Shown here piece after piece: positions 1 through 18,870 of a stretch of 64,000 bases of DNA; position 1 is the stretch's first letter, and every line of letters begins with the position of its first letter. The stretch is from the human T2T-CHM13v2.0 reference genome, Homo sapiens: NCBI RefSeq assembly GCF_009914755.1, contig NC_060942.1, one strand, 5' to 3'. The notes beneath the pieces were generated by a model. The model saw only the letters and a list, made by a program, of their open reading frames with translations. It searched no databases and was not told where the DNA came from. The translations under genes were made by a program, and so were the position numbers.

Positions 1-864
1 TCTTCTGTATGTGATCTATGTTAATGATTACCACATTTAAATATCCTGCCCAGATCTCTCTCCTTGGCTTCTTTTTTGTAACTGCATAGCTCCACCTGAA
101 TGTCCATAAGCTCCAGAAACTCAGTAAGTCAGCACTGAGCTGAACTTACCCAATGACCTGCTTCTCTTTCTCCTTTCCTGTTCCCTCCTGTGGTCCCTTA
201 CCACCCTCCCGTTCTCACACTAAGCCTCAAGTCCTTCTGAGGTGTTCCTTCTTGTTTATGTTTATTGGGCCAGTCACTAGTATTTTTCGAACCCATTTCC
301 TTCACTCCCTCCTCCATCTCACACCAACACAATAGTAAGCTGCTTCCTCAATTCCCTGCCTACAATCTTGTCCCCATGGTGTCTGTTCACACAGAGCAGC
401 AAGCTGTCAGACCTTTCATGGTTCTCTGTTACTTAACCCTAACATGTTCTACATAATACCTCTTCCACAGCATGTTATTTAAATGCCTCCTGTGCAAATG
501 GGGGAGGCTTTCATGGTCAAATAAGTTTGGGAAGCACTGTTAATCTAAAAATAGGTTCACTGCAGAACTTACCAGAACCTTTGATGTATTGGGAGTTTTC
601 TAAGTGGGTACATTTATACAAGTATACAGTGTTTTCCAAACTTGTTCTTGGAAGCATTTTTGTAGATCTTTACAGAATTGTAAGATTGTAAAGAATTGTA
701 AGAGAAATTGTGGGCCCAATCTTCTGTGGAACATACTTTAAGAAAAGCACATTTACAGAGTAGACTGCAGCCTGTATTATTTTGCCCCTGCTGATCTCTT
801 CTGCGGTCTTAAGTTCTTAGAACATCAAATTTGACAAAATGGTGTGAAATGATGACGACGAGAG

Positions 865-900
865 TAATGGCAAAACCGCAATTACTTTTGCACCAACCTA
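865..900. mobile_element. Half MADE1 / solo Hsmar1 terminal inverted repeat
   Basis: taatggcaaaaccgcaattacttttgcaccaaccta matches the right arm of the recalled MADE1 consensus. Confidence 0.85.
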
Positions 901-1653
901 GAGTTGTCTGCAGATACCATTCTGTTTGTTTTTGCATGCCATCCTCTTTTGGGAATTACCTCCCTCCCTCCTTTTCCTTTCTTCCCACATGATTCGTTTC
1001 ACTAACTCTAACTCTGGCTCTTCCTTTAAGATGCAGGTCAGGTATTTGCCCTCTTGAGGAAGCTTTCTCTGGCACCTCAGTGTCAGACAGTAGATATCCG
1101 TCCTCTACATTCCTTGAAATAACTAGAGGCCTATATGGTTTTCCAAAACTAAAACAGCACCAAACTACCTACAACTCATGCTAAGTTTAAAGCAGTTCAC
1201 AGGACGCAGAAATTAAACAAATGAATTACTGCAATTAGAGGCCTGAGAAATGGTCAGTTCCAGTAAGTTGTTTGTCCTGTAGAATTTTCCACATTGTGAT
1301 TCAACTGATTGAGTCTTTGTGGTGTTATTTAACATGTTTTCAGTCTCTCATAATGCTGATTATAGAGTCTGTAGAGCCAGGTGTGATTTTTGTCAAGAAC
1401 TTTTCATATATGGTGTTACATGATTCCTGTGGCACTACATCAAGAAGTGGAAAATACCTGGTTGTCCTACTTTCATGTGGAATTGACTGTTAAACCAGAA
1501 GTGTTATAACTTGCCAAAACATGCTAAGATATCTTACTTTGCCATAATATGCTGGCAGTAATTATAAGCAAGAATAAGGGGGAAAATACAAATTCTCCAA
1601 GGGGTAGAAAAAGAGTAGGGATCACAGATGGTTATTGCCATCTCTTGGACATC

Positions 1654-1999
1654 TTTTGTTTTGTTTTGTTTTTAGTTTTGTTTTTAACTTAAGAGACAGG
1701 GCCTCCCTGTGTTGCCCAGGCTGGAGTGCAGTGGTGCAATCATAGTTTACTGCAGCCTCAAACTTCTGGACTCAAGCTATCCTCCCATCTCAGCCTCCTG
1801 AGTTGCTGAGGCTACAGGCAGACACCACCACATCCAGCTAATTTTTAAATTTTTTTTTTGAGATGGGGGTCTCAATATGTTGCCCAGGCTGGTCTCAAAC
1901 TCCTGGTCTCAAGCAATCCTCCTAGTCTCAAGCAATCCTACTTCAGCCTCCCAAAGTGATGGGATTACAGGCGAGAGCCACCATGCCCAGCCAAGATGT

Positions 2000-2033
<34 letters not shown>

Positions 2034-2311
2034 AGACAGAGTCTCGCTCTGTCACCCAGGCTGGAATGCAGTGGCATGATCTCAACTCACTGCAACTTCC
2101 ACCTCCTGAGTTCAAGCAATTTTCCTGCCTCAGCCTCCTGAGAAGTTAGGATTACAGGCATGTGCCACCACACCTGGCTAATTTTTGTATTTTTAGTAGA
2201 GACAGGACTTCACCATTTAATCAGGCTGGTCTCGAACTACTAACCTCGTGATCCACCCATCTTGGCCTCCCAAAGTGCTGGGATTACAGGTGTGGACCAC
2301 CATGCCCGGCC
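1654..2311 (-). mobile_element. Two tandem antisense Alus (AluJ-like 1654-1992; AluS-like 2002-2311)
   Basis: Alu arms in reverse orientation with T-rich tails. Confidence 0.9.
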
Positions 2312-3004
2312 AGTGTATCTTATTGTAACAGTGCAGTTACACGCATAGATTGAATCAGCTTCCTTAACCTCCAGCATCTACCGGAAAACACCTCTCTTCT
2401 GGGTTTGTAGTGTAATTTGATATTACACTACAATATCAAATTAGAGATGAACCAGAAGCTTTTTGGAGTATGGATAGACAAAGTCATTGGGATATTACAT
2501 GTAATAAAGTTTGAAAACAATTTCTCAGACCATTTCATCTGCTTTTATAAAAGAATTAAATGTAACACTCAGGACTTTAGTGTTTGATATTTATCATGTC
2601 TGCAGACAGACCTCATATATAGATACCAATTGAACTGCTTTAATCTTTACTAGTGTTTCCTGCATGTTTATACCAGCTTTTCTGGTTTTGTGACTCCTCC
2701 TTCCCTCCTTGTCTGTGAGCTGTCACTTACTGATGATCTAAAATGTGTCTCGCTGGAATAACTTCCATAGTCCTTCTAATTTGCTCTTTGAAATTTGTTG
2801 TGGCCTTAGAATCAAAACATCTAAACTGTGCTCAATGTTTCCAAACAGAAGTAACAATCAGTTCTATAACTAGTGCTGTATTATTTAATTCACAGGACAT
2901 CAGAATTTGTTTTTTTATGCACTAAAAGGGTTTAATTTTAAAAGAATAGCCCATTATTGTAAATAAAACCTAATATTTTAAACTATATATATCTTTTTAA
3001 TTAG

Positions 3005-3115
<111 letters not shown>

Positions 3116-4205
3116 TAAATTTACACTTATGCTAAAAATAACTGGTTTCTAGCAATAAATTAAAATGGCCTATAATTTTTTATTAGTGGATTTTTAAAAT
3201 TTAGAACCATTTTGAGAAGTGATTTGGTTTTATCTTGTGTTTATTAGATGGAAAAATTTTAAGCCTATTTTAGGATAGCTGCTCCCATATTATAATTTAT
3301 GTTGAGTATATTTTTAATATGTAAGTCTCTAATAACTTCTTGTTATTTGTTGAATTTGTAGAACTATAGCAGTAGATTCCTAGTGGAACATTTGGCTTTC
3401 CAAGTTTTGGAATCATTGCTTGGTACCAGCTGTTTTAAGGCAAAAGGGCAAAATACTTATAAAGGCTATGCTTATTTGTCCACGTAGGTCGGCCTTAGTA
3501 TGTGCCTTCCAATGGTTAGTCTTGGCGTGAAATTACAGGAAGAAAAACCTTTATCGGGTTATTTATAGGAATTATAAGTCATTTCACTTGGATTTACAAA
3601 AATATGTTTAACCTTTGGGGAGGGTTGAGGACCTCTGAAAATGTGGTGTAAACTATGATCCTTCTTCACAGAAATATATACATACTCATATGCAAACAAA
3701 ATTTGTATATAACTTCTTTGGTTCATACATGATTGATTTTCCTGGCACAGGTTCTTAATTTTTTTCCTACTGTGGACTTCTGTAACAGTCTAAGAAATTT
3801 AGAACCTCTTCTCAGAATGTTTTTAAATTTAAAAAATTCATAGAATTACAAAGAGAAGCAACAAATGAAAGAAAGAAGCACAATACAGAATTTACAACAC
3901 TGCATGACCCATTGACAATGAGCAATTTGTTAGCAATAAGAAGTCAGGTAATATAACACACATCAATAGCTATTTCAACTATTAAGACGTTTGAAACCAC
4001 CTAGTATATATTCATCTGTGTACCTGTCCAGGTTACAGAAAGTCTTGCCACCTTACAGTTAAGAATTCTTGAGGGGTGGAGCCAAGATGGCCGAATAGGA
4101 ACAGCTCCAGTCTACAGCTGCCAGCGTGAGCGACGCAGAAGACGGGTGATTTCTGCATTTCCCACTGAGCAAACGGCATACCAGGAGATTATCTCCTGCG
4201 CCTGA

Positions 4206-4307
4206 CTAAGAGAGTGCTACGCCCACGGAGCCTCGCTCATTGCTAGCACAGCAGTCTGAGATCAAACCGCAAGGCGGGAGCGAGGCTGGGGGAGGGGCAC
4301 CCGCCAT
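4206..4307 (-). pseudogene. Truncated L1 ORF0 (MAGAPPPASLPPCGLISDCCASNERGSVGVALS*)
   Basis: manual minus-strand translation matches the ORF0 N-terminus; premature TAG at codon 34. Confidence 0.75.
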
Positions 4308-4882
4308 TGCCTAGGCTTGAGTAGGTGAACAAAGTGGCCAGGAAGCTCGAAGTGGGTGGAGCCCACTGCAGCTCAAGGAGGCCTGCCTGCCTCTGTAGGC
4401 TCCACCTCTGGGAGCAGGGCACAGCCAAACAAAAGGCAGCAGAATTCTCTGCAGACTTAAATGTCCCTGTCTGACAGCTTTGAAGAGAGTAGTGGTTCTC
4501 CCAGCACACAGCTGGAGATCTGAGAACGGACAGACTGCCTTCTCAAGTGGGTCCCTGACCCCCGAGTAGCCTAACTGGGAGGCACCCCCCCAGTAGGTGC
4601 AGACTGACACCTCACACGGCTGGGTACTCCTCTGAGACAAAACTTCCAGAGGAATGATCAGGCAGCAACATTTGCTGTTCACCAATATCTGCTGTTCTGC
4701 AGTCTCCGCTGCTGTTACCCACACAAACGGTCTGGAGTGGGCCTCCAGCAAACTCCAACAGACCTGCAGGTGAGGATCCTGTCTGTTAGAAGGAAAACTA
4801 ACAAACAGAAAGGACATCCACACCAAAACCCCATCAGTATGTCACCCATCATCAAAGACCAAAGGTAGATAAAACCACAAAG

Positions 4883-5890
4883 ATGGGAAAAAAACAGCAG
4901 AAAAACTGGAAACTAAAAATCAGAGCGCCTCTCCTCCTCCAAAGGAACGCAGCTCCTCACCAGCAACGGAACAAAGCTGGACGGATAATGACTTTTACGA
5001 GTTAAGAGAAGAAGGCTTCAGATGATCAAACTACTCCGAGATAAAGGAGGAAGTTCGAACCCATGGCAAAGAAGTTAAAAACCTTGAAAAAAGATTAGAC
5101 GAATGGCTAACTAGAATAACCAATGCAGAGAAGTCCTTAAAGGACCTGATGGAACTGAAAACCAAGGCACGAGAACTACATGACGAATGCACAAGCTTCA
5201 GTAGCCGATTTGATCAGCTGGAAGAAAAGGTATCAGTGATGGAAGATCAAATGAATGAAATGAAGCAAGAAGTTTAGAGAAAAAAGAATAAAAAGAAACG
5301 AACAAAGCCTCCAGGAAATATGGGGCTATGTGAAAAGACCAAATCTACGTCTGATTGGTGTACCTGAAAGTGACGGGGAGAATGGAACCAAGTTGGAAAA
5401 CACTCTGCAGGATATTATCCAGGAGAACTTCCCCAATCTAGCAAGGCAGACCAACATTCAAATTCAGGAAATACAGAGAACACCACAAAGATACTCCTTG
5501 AGAAGAGCAACTCCAAGACACATAATTGTCAGATTCACCAAAGTTGAAATGAAGGAAAAAATGTTAAGGGCAGCCAGAGAGAAAGGTTGGGTTACCCACA
5601 AAGGGAAGCCCATCAGATTAACAGCTGATCTCTCAGCAGAAACTCTACAAGCCAGAAGAGAGTGGGGACCAATATTCAACATTCTTAAAGAAAATAATTT
5701 TCAACCCAGAATTTCATATCCGGCCAAACTAAGCTTCATAAGTGAAGGAGAAATAAAATACTTTACAGACAAGCAAATGCTGAGAGATTTTGTCACTACC
5801 AGGCCTGCCCTAAAAGAGCTCCTGAAGGAAGCACTAAACATAGAAAGGAACAACCGGTACCAGCCACTGCAAAAACATGCCAAATTGTAA
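4883..5890 (+). pseudogene. L1 ORF1p remnant (frameshifts and stops)
   Basis: ATG at 4883; only the C-terminal ~186 codons (5330-5890, ...PLQKHAKL*) are open. Confidence 0.92.
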
Positions 5891-5953
5891 AGACCATCAA
5901 TGCTAGGAAGAAATTGCATCAACTAACAAGCAAAATAACCAGCTAACATCATA

Positions 5954-9775
<3,822 letters not shown>

Positions 9776-10290
9776 ACAATGAGAACACATGGACACAGGA
9801 AGGGGAATGTCACACACCAGGGCCTGTTGTGGGGTGGAGGGAGGCGGGGAGGGATAGCATTAGGAGAGATACCTAATATTAAATGATGAGTTCATGGGTG
9901 CAGCACACCAGCATGGCACATGTATACATATGTAACAAACCTGCACGTTGTGCACATGTACCCTAAAACTTAAAAGTATAATATAAAAAATAAATTCTTA
10001 CTTGAATTGTGCAATTTGTAGAACTTTAATAAAAAAATGATACATCTTACTCGTATTTGACCAATAAACAATTTAGAATTGTATAATACTTGAGGGCAAC
10101 TTTAAATGTCTGACTGATACGAGAACAAACAACTTTACCGTGTGGTGGCTCAGTAACTACTAGCTGCAAAATTGCTTGATATTGGCCAGCTATGTCATAC
10201 AAGTATCTCCGGCCAGCTGTGTCATAGAAGTATCTCTACGCAGAACTGCAGTTAGGTGTCATATAGCAGCAGATCTCACAACTGCAGGGA

Positions 10291-10897
<607 letters not shown>

Positions 10898-11495
10898 TAA
10901 AAATTTGGGAGGATATCAGTACATCTGTAATATATTAATAATTTAGAAATATTTGTGATTTCTATGAATGACAAAGCTGCAGATACTTATGATTCTACTG
11001 TGGTTTGTAGACATATTCATGATTGAAAGAAATGCCAGTTGGAAGTTAGTGAAAATAAAGACATAATTTTTTCCAATCCAAGTTCACCGACTACCCTACC
11101 CCTATTCTATCTTCAGGTTTCTTGAGGGTGTGAGGACCTCAAATTAAGAGCAACGCTGTTCAAGGGTCATTTTCCCCACAGAAAATGGTAACATTTGAAT
11201 GCTATACTAAATGAACAAAGTTTACAGCCAGAATCCCTGCCCATTTCCTCAGAACTTCCCCATGCTGCACTCTATCACCCAAGAAACTAAGAGGAAGCAA
11301 TACATTGGCACACCCATAACCTATCCTTAGAGGACACTGTTTGAGAGGCTCTGCTCTAGGGGTTTAAAAACACAAAATTAAGAATGCTGATCGAAAGTGT
11401 ACTATTTAGATTGTCAGGTAAGCAACATTTATCATAAAATAACATCTCAATTATTTTAGGGGAGAGAGGCTCTGACTTTAGAAAATGTATTTCTT

Positions 11496-11808
<313 letters not shown>

Positions 11809-12639
11809 TCACATGGTGTTTGCTTTTGAGGGATTTTTGGTTATTGCTTTTAATCTCTGCAGGACTACAACCAACTTTTTAGGAAGACGCATCTGGCTAT
11901 TTTTAATTTTGCATCAAGGTTTTGGATATGTATTACTTCAAGTTGCACTTTAAATTGTACTTAATAAATCAAAAGTGTTAGGCCTACCTCTTTGAATATC
12001 GTTTGTCATATAAGAATTAAGTTAATTAGGACCATGTTTCTTTGTTTTTTTCATGAATTTATAAAAACATTAAAACTCTGCAATAATACATTTTTGGATA
12101 TAATATGGCCTGTTTTCTCCATCAGGAGAAGACCAAAGTTCCTGGGAGTCGAGGAGAGGAGAGAATGGGAAACGTGGGGGTGGGGAGAATGGGAAACCTA
12201 GAAGACTAGGCACATTCTTTGTATTCTCACAGCCCAGTCTTCCATACAGGGCCAATAAAATGATGTATGTTATTAAACTGGCGAGTTCCTGGACTCGCTT
12301 TACTTCTCCATGAAGTTCTAGCTAGCTACAGGTCCCAGGGTTATCCCCATTGATACTTAGGCCAAAGAATATAGTTAGGACCAGATGGCACAAGTCCGTA
12401 GCAAATATTAGGATGGGTTGGGATCTGCAGCTGGACCCCAGGAATTCTCAGTTTGCTAAATGCAGAAGATTGCCTAGGTCATATTATGAACCTTGTGGTA
12501 GAATGACTCTGCATATTACATAATAATTTTGGGCCCCACTTAATACAGGATTTTATTGTGTGTGTCAGAGGTTTACAAGTAGTTGATGTCATCATACAGT
12601 ATGTTTATTTCTATAAAAATATTCATTATAAAACTGCCA

Positions 12640-13880
12640 ACACAAGGGCATACCACTTCACGCCCAGTAGAATGGCTGTAATAAAAAAGACATATGTAAC
12701 AAGTGCTGGTGAGGATGTGAAGAAATTAGAACCCTCCCATTGCTGATAGGAATGTGAAATGATACGGCTACTATGGAACAGTTTGGTGGTTCCTCAACAA
12801 GTTAAACAGAGTCACCAGATGACCCAACAGTTCCATTCTACTTATTTATCCAAGAGAAATGAAAACATGCATCCAAACAAAAACTTGAGTGTGAACGTTT
12901 ATAGCAGCATTTTTCATATTAGCCTCAAAGTGTGAACAGCCTGTAGGGGAGGCAAAAGTTGACCTCCACCATCTTAAGGTCTCCAGCTGGGCCTTAAGGT
13001 CACCTTAGCCTCCCAGAGCATTGAGATTACAGGCAAAAGCCACTGTGCCTGGCCAGCATATTTTAAGTGATTTTATCTTACTTCATCTGACATAGATTAA
13101 CAGGAGAAAAATGTGCAGATTTATTTAAGATTTATGTCACATGGGAGCCAAAGACGTGGCAAAACCTGAGTGATTTTATGCTAGGTTGAAGAAAGAAAGG
13201 CAGCTGTGGAAAAGTAACTAAAATCTACTGGACAGCTAAAGGAAGATGAAAGTTATTTTAACAAGGTCTGTTTGTACAGAATTCTCTTGGCCTTGATTCC
13301 CTGTCACTGGTCACAAGAATGTTTCTTTCCTCCTGGTTTCAGGAGAGCATCTTTCCCATGGGAGTTTTATCTCTGGCTTTCAGGTAGAAAAGGGGAGGTC
13401 AGAGCACTCTTGAGCCTGCTGACTTCAGATTGCCTTTAGCTCAAAATAATGTTTATGCCAAAGTGGCATATTTTGGGGTAGCGTTTTCTGCCACCCTTCA
13501 AGCCCAAATGTCTATCAACTGATGAATAAATAAAATGTGGTATATCCATGCAGTAGAACATACTTTTCAGCCACAAAATGGGATAAAGTACTGATGCATG
13601 CTACAACATGGATGAACCTTGAAATCATTATGCCAAGTGAAAGAAGCCAATCACCAAAGACCACATATTGCATATTATGTGATTCCATGTATATTAAATG
13701 TTCAAGATAGGTAATTCATAGAGACAAAAGTTAGATTGTTGGTTACTAGGAGCATAGAGGAAGGGGGTGGAGGGAGTAAGGAATGACTGCTGATGGGTAG
13801 CAGGTTTCTTTTTGGAGTGATGGAAATGTTCTGGTGATGGTGGAACATCTTGGTAAATACACTAAAAGCCACTATTTTAT
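12640..13880 (+). mobile_element. Old L1M 3' fragment interrupted by an LTR
   Basis: L1 ORF2-end and 3'UTR-like sequence on both sides of 12942-13500. Confidence 0.75.
12942..13500 (-). mobile_element. ERV1 solo LTR, MER34/MER39-like, containing a short Alu fragment (~13000-13055)
   Basis: TG...CA termini; 4-bp TSD agcc (12938-12941 / 13501-13504); reverse strand reads ccccaaaatatgccactttggcataa...attttgagct as in the MER34 group. Confidence 0.72.
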
Positions 13881-14063
13881 ACCACCATACTTGGAAAAAT
13901 AATTTAAAAATAGAGAAACTGGTAGTTTTGGAGAGAGAAAATGTATTTCTACTTTTGGAACACTGGGAGTTCTCAAATTTCTCAAGCCTACTGTGAAGAA
14001 AAGACTACTCTGAAATTTGGGTTACTTAGCTTGTTTGTTTGTAGAGATGGGGTCTTGCCACTA

Positions 14064-14736
<673 letters not shown>

Positions 14737-14740
14737 CTAG

Positions 14741-14920
<180 letters not shown>

Positions 14921-15649
14921 TGAAAAAATGCAACTTGGCTATTTTTAGAATCTATTTCCATAGAAAGAACTTGAACTCAACAATCATTAAAGGTCAAAGA
15001 AGAAAAAAAACTCTTTCAAGCCAGAGTACTTCCAGATCAACTGGTCCTCCATTTTCTAAAGCACTGTAAACATTAGGTTTCTATTATAAAAGCAGATGAT
15101 CACAAAACACCTGTACATTTAGGATAGTGCCCTTACAGGTACACATAATTTGTTTCTAAAGTGAATGTTTATACCTTTAGTTCTGACCTTCAGGCAGCTA
15201 GAAAGCTATTGTACACTGAAAAATAGTGCAGCTAGATGGCACCTCTAGGTTGTGACAGTCCTAAAAACAGAGCGAGTCTTCTGGTTTGACTTTGAATGTT
15301 GGTGGAATACATGAACTGTGGAAGACTGGAGAAATATCTTCAATAAAGTTTACTGCCACATATAAATTACATGAACTCAGAACCAGTCATACTAGTTTTC
15401 AGAATTTGTTTATGGCTTATAAACCAGAAAAGAAAGAATTTAAAGATTAAAATTTTTATAATAAACAGTGAAGGATTATCACCTGAAAACAGACTAGGAA
15501 ATGCTGTTCTAAAGGAAATAAGCTAGTAGTACAAAGGATAATAGGGTATATCACAGAAAAATATTTTTAGACTCTTCTGAGCTTTATTTTTCTCATCTAT
15601 AAAAAAATCAAGATTGAACTAGATAGGTAGGTTTCAAACTTAAGGCACT

Positions 15650-15949
15650 GAATGGGTGTGGTGGCTCATGCCTGTAATCCCAGCACTTTGGGAGGCCAAA
15701 GTGGGCAATCACTTGAGCTCAGGAGTTCAAGACCAGCTTGGGAAACATGGTGAAACCCCGTCTTTACAAAAAATATAAAAATTAACTGGGTGTGGTGGGG
15801 CACACATGTAGTCCCAGCTACCAGGGAGGCTGAGGTAGGAGGATCTGTTGAGCCTGGCAGGCCAAGGCTGCAGTGAGCTGGATTGTACCACTGCACTCGA
15901 GCCTGGGCAACAGAGTGGGACCCTGTCTCAAAAAAAAACAAAAAAAAAA
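15650..15949 (+). mobile_element. AluJ
   Basis: diverged Alu with A-tail. Confidence 0.88.
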
Positions 15950-16389
15950 CTTTAAGTCTCCAACTTTTATTTCAAATGAAAGTGTTCAGAGATATCTGAG
16001 GATGCTATTAACATGAATAATTGTGTCTCTTCAGAAAGAACTGTGTGACTAAAGAAATAGGCACTGGAGAGGCCACTGAGGGACTTTCTAGAACTTTCAT
16101 ATTTAAAGATGTTTAAAGGGAAGAATGGATGGTTTTTAATAACTGCAATTAACAGTTTAACCATGTTCTTATAGGCTGGACTAAACAGTGGTATCTTGAG
16201 ATCTTTTTAAGTTTTGAGCAATCAGAGAGAAATGAGTTTTAGAGCAATATAAATTGAGGTTTATAATCGAGCTACAATGAAAAGTCTCTTGATTTCTAGC
16301 TCAGAATGGTTGAGTAAATATATACATACCTGTTGATTCCTTCTTTCTCCCAAAACTCATTGAAATGACAAAAGACATAAAAATTTCAA

Positions 16390-16858
<469 letters not shown>

Positions 16859-17195
16859 AAAAGTAAAGTAATTAATTAAATTCATTAAAAATAAAAACAA
16901 ATTCATAGCAGAGCTGGAAATTGAGGTGGGAAACTGTTAGACAAAAACATTAAGAAATTTCTGATAAGATTTAAAATAGATGAAAACATATTGGTAATCA
17001 AATACAGCAGAGTTGAGGAATGCCCAGTATCATACAGGTTAAAAAGAGAATTTAAAAAATAAATGCGTTTTCCTAGAACAGTATAAATTTTCAGTTATAA
17101 AGGGATTTTGATAACTTGAGTAATTCATTTTCCCTGCCCCAGATTTTCTTAATGATCCAGACCACCTGACTTTAGATTAAATTAAGCTTGCTGAG

Positions 17196-17295
17196 ATCCT
17201 TTTGTGGATCATAAGCCTGATGATTGGGTTTTCACACTGTGTGAGACAGGCCTCTCTCAAACCTTGTTGCATTGTGCACACATTACCTGTCTGAC
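17196..17295 (+). pseudogene. U13 snoRNA (SNORD13) retrocopy in an ANKRD12 intron
   Basis: atccttttgtggatcataagcctgatgattggg...accttgtt...cacattacctgtctgac aligns end to end with recalled U13; 17-bp TSD with 2 mismatches (17179-17195 / 17306-17322). Confidence 0.88.
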
Positions 17296-17732
17296 ATGGG
17301 GGAAGAAATTCAGCTTGATGAGATACCAAAATGTGAGGTGTATTCTCTTGACAGAGAGAAACTTATGCTAAAAACATTTCTGCATTTTTGGTGACTTATT
17401 TAAATATGGAACTGTTATCCACCCTTTTACAGCTGGCTTTAGAGTAGAAGGTCTCAAGTAGCATGCGTTATTTCCTATGGGAGTAGCCTTGGAAGGAACT
17501 AAAGGGAAAAAAGTCTACTTTTCTTTGGGTAGAGGCTCAGATCATCCATTAGTCTACTCTCTTATCACTTCTTCCTTTTCAAAATAAACTTGTTTGAGCA
17601 CCTGAAATGTGGTAAAGAAAAATAAATAAATAAACTTGTAATACTTAAGAGTCAACAATAACATTTTAAATAGTCAAAACATCTAACTTGGGGCACCAAT
17701 GAAGAAATTATAACTGCTAAAAATGTGAGTAG

Positions 17733-18013
17733 TGGCCAGGCACGGTGGCTTACGCCTGTATTCCCAGCACTTTGGAAGGCAGAGGTGGGCAGATCACGAG
17801 GTCAGGAGTTCGAGACCAGCCTGGCCAATATGGTGAAACCACATCTCTAGTAAAAATACAAAAATTAGCCAGGTGTGGTGGCGGGTGCCTGTAATCCCAG
17901 CTACCTGGGAGGCTGAGGCGGGAGAATCGCCTGAACCTGGGAGGTGGAGATTGCAGAGAGTCAAGATTCCAGCCTGGGTAACAGAGAGAGACTCCATCTC
18001 AAAAAAAAAAAAG
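17733..18013 (+). mobile_element. AluS
   Basis: Alu body; flanking repeat aaaatgtgagt at 17720 and 18014. Confidence 0.92.
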
Positions 18014-18059
18014 AAAATGTGAGTGTGGGAGCTACCTGCTGCCTGGATGTCAGTTTGAC

Positions 18060-18290
18060 AGCACTGGTAGTGGTAGTAATGGAGTGAGTGCTGCATTGAG
18101 TGCTTCCTGTGTACCTAAGCATTATGATGAGGGCTTTATAGACACTTTTCATTCTCAAAACAAGCTGAAGAGAGGTTACCACATTTTACAGAGTATAAGA
18201 CTGAAACTGTATAATTAGTTCAAGATCACGTAGTAAGATACAGAGCTGGAATTTGAATATAGTCTGTTAATTCCAAAACTGGTATTCTTA
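18060..18290. mobile_element. MIR relic
   Basis: cattttacagag...actgaaact...gagctggaatttgaa MIR core. Confidence 0.6.
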
Positions 18291-18747
18291 AGTGTTGATA
18301 AAGAATTTCTTCATGAGCACCGCAGATATTGGTCCTGGAAGAAATTTTGGCCTCAAAGGCAGCTCTCTCCCACCTGGATACTTTTTGTCCCTACAGATAG
18401 TAAACTGTAACATTAAAATTAAATCTGTAATTGGTTATACAGTAATAATGTCACGGGCACAGTACTTAATGTAACATGCCTTTTTGAGAAATGTCTTTGA
18501 CTTAGAGCAATAGGAATCTATTTTAATTAATAATTAAACCTACCATCCCAAGAATTCTAATAACCAATCTGTCTACACAATGTGGAAATAAAAGTTTTAC
18601 CAACTTCAGCAGTATTCAATTTATATATTTCTCAAAATATATTTTCATCGTTACTAAGAAAGCAGCATATACCATAAAAATACTATAATGGCATATAGAT
18701 TTTAAAGTGATTTATTGTATTTTATAATACTCACTTTTCTCTTTTAG

Positions 18748-18870
<123 letters not shown>

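Noticed and set aside
849-912. ATGATGA suggesting a box C/D snoRNA
   Set aside because: No matching box D or terminal stem; the adjacent sequence is the MADE1 arm
10184-10236. 26-bp tandem duplication ggccagct(a/g)tgtcata(c/g)aagtatctc
   Set aside because: Real, but a simple two-copy slippage with no further structure
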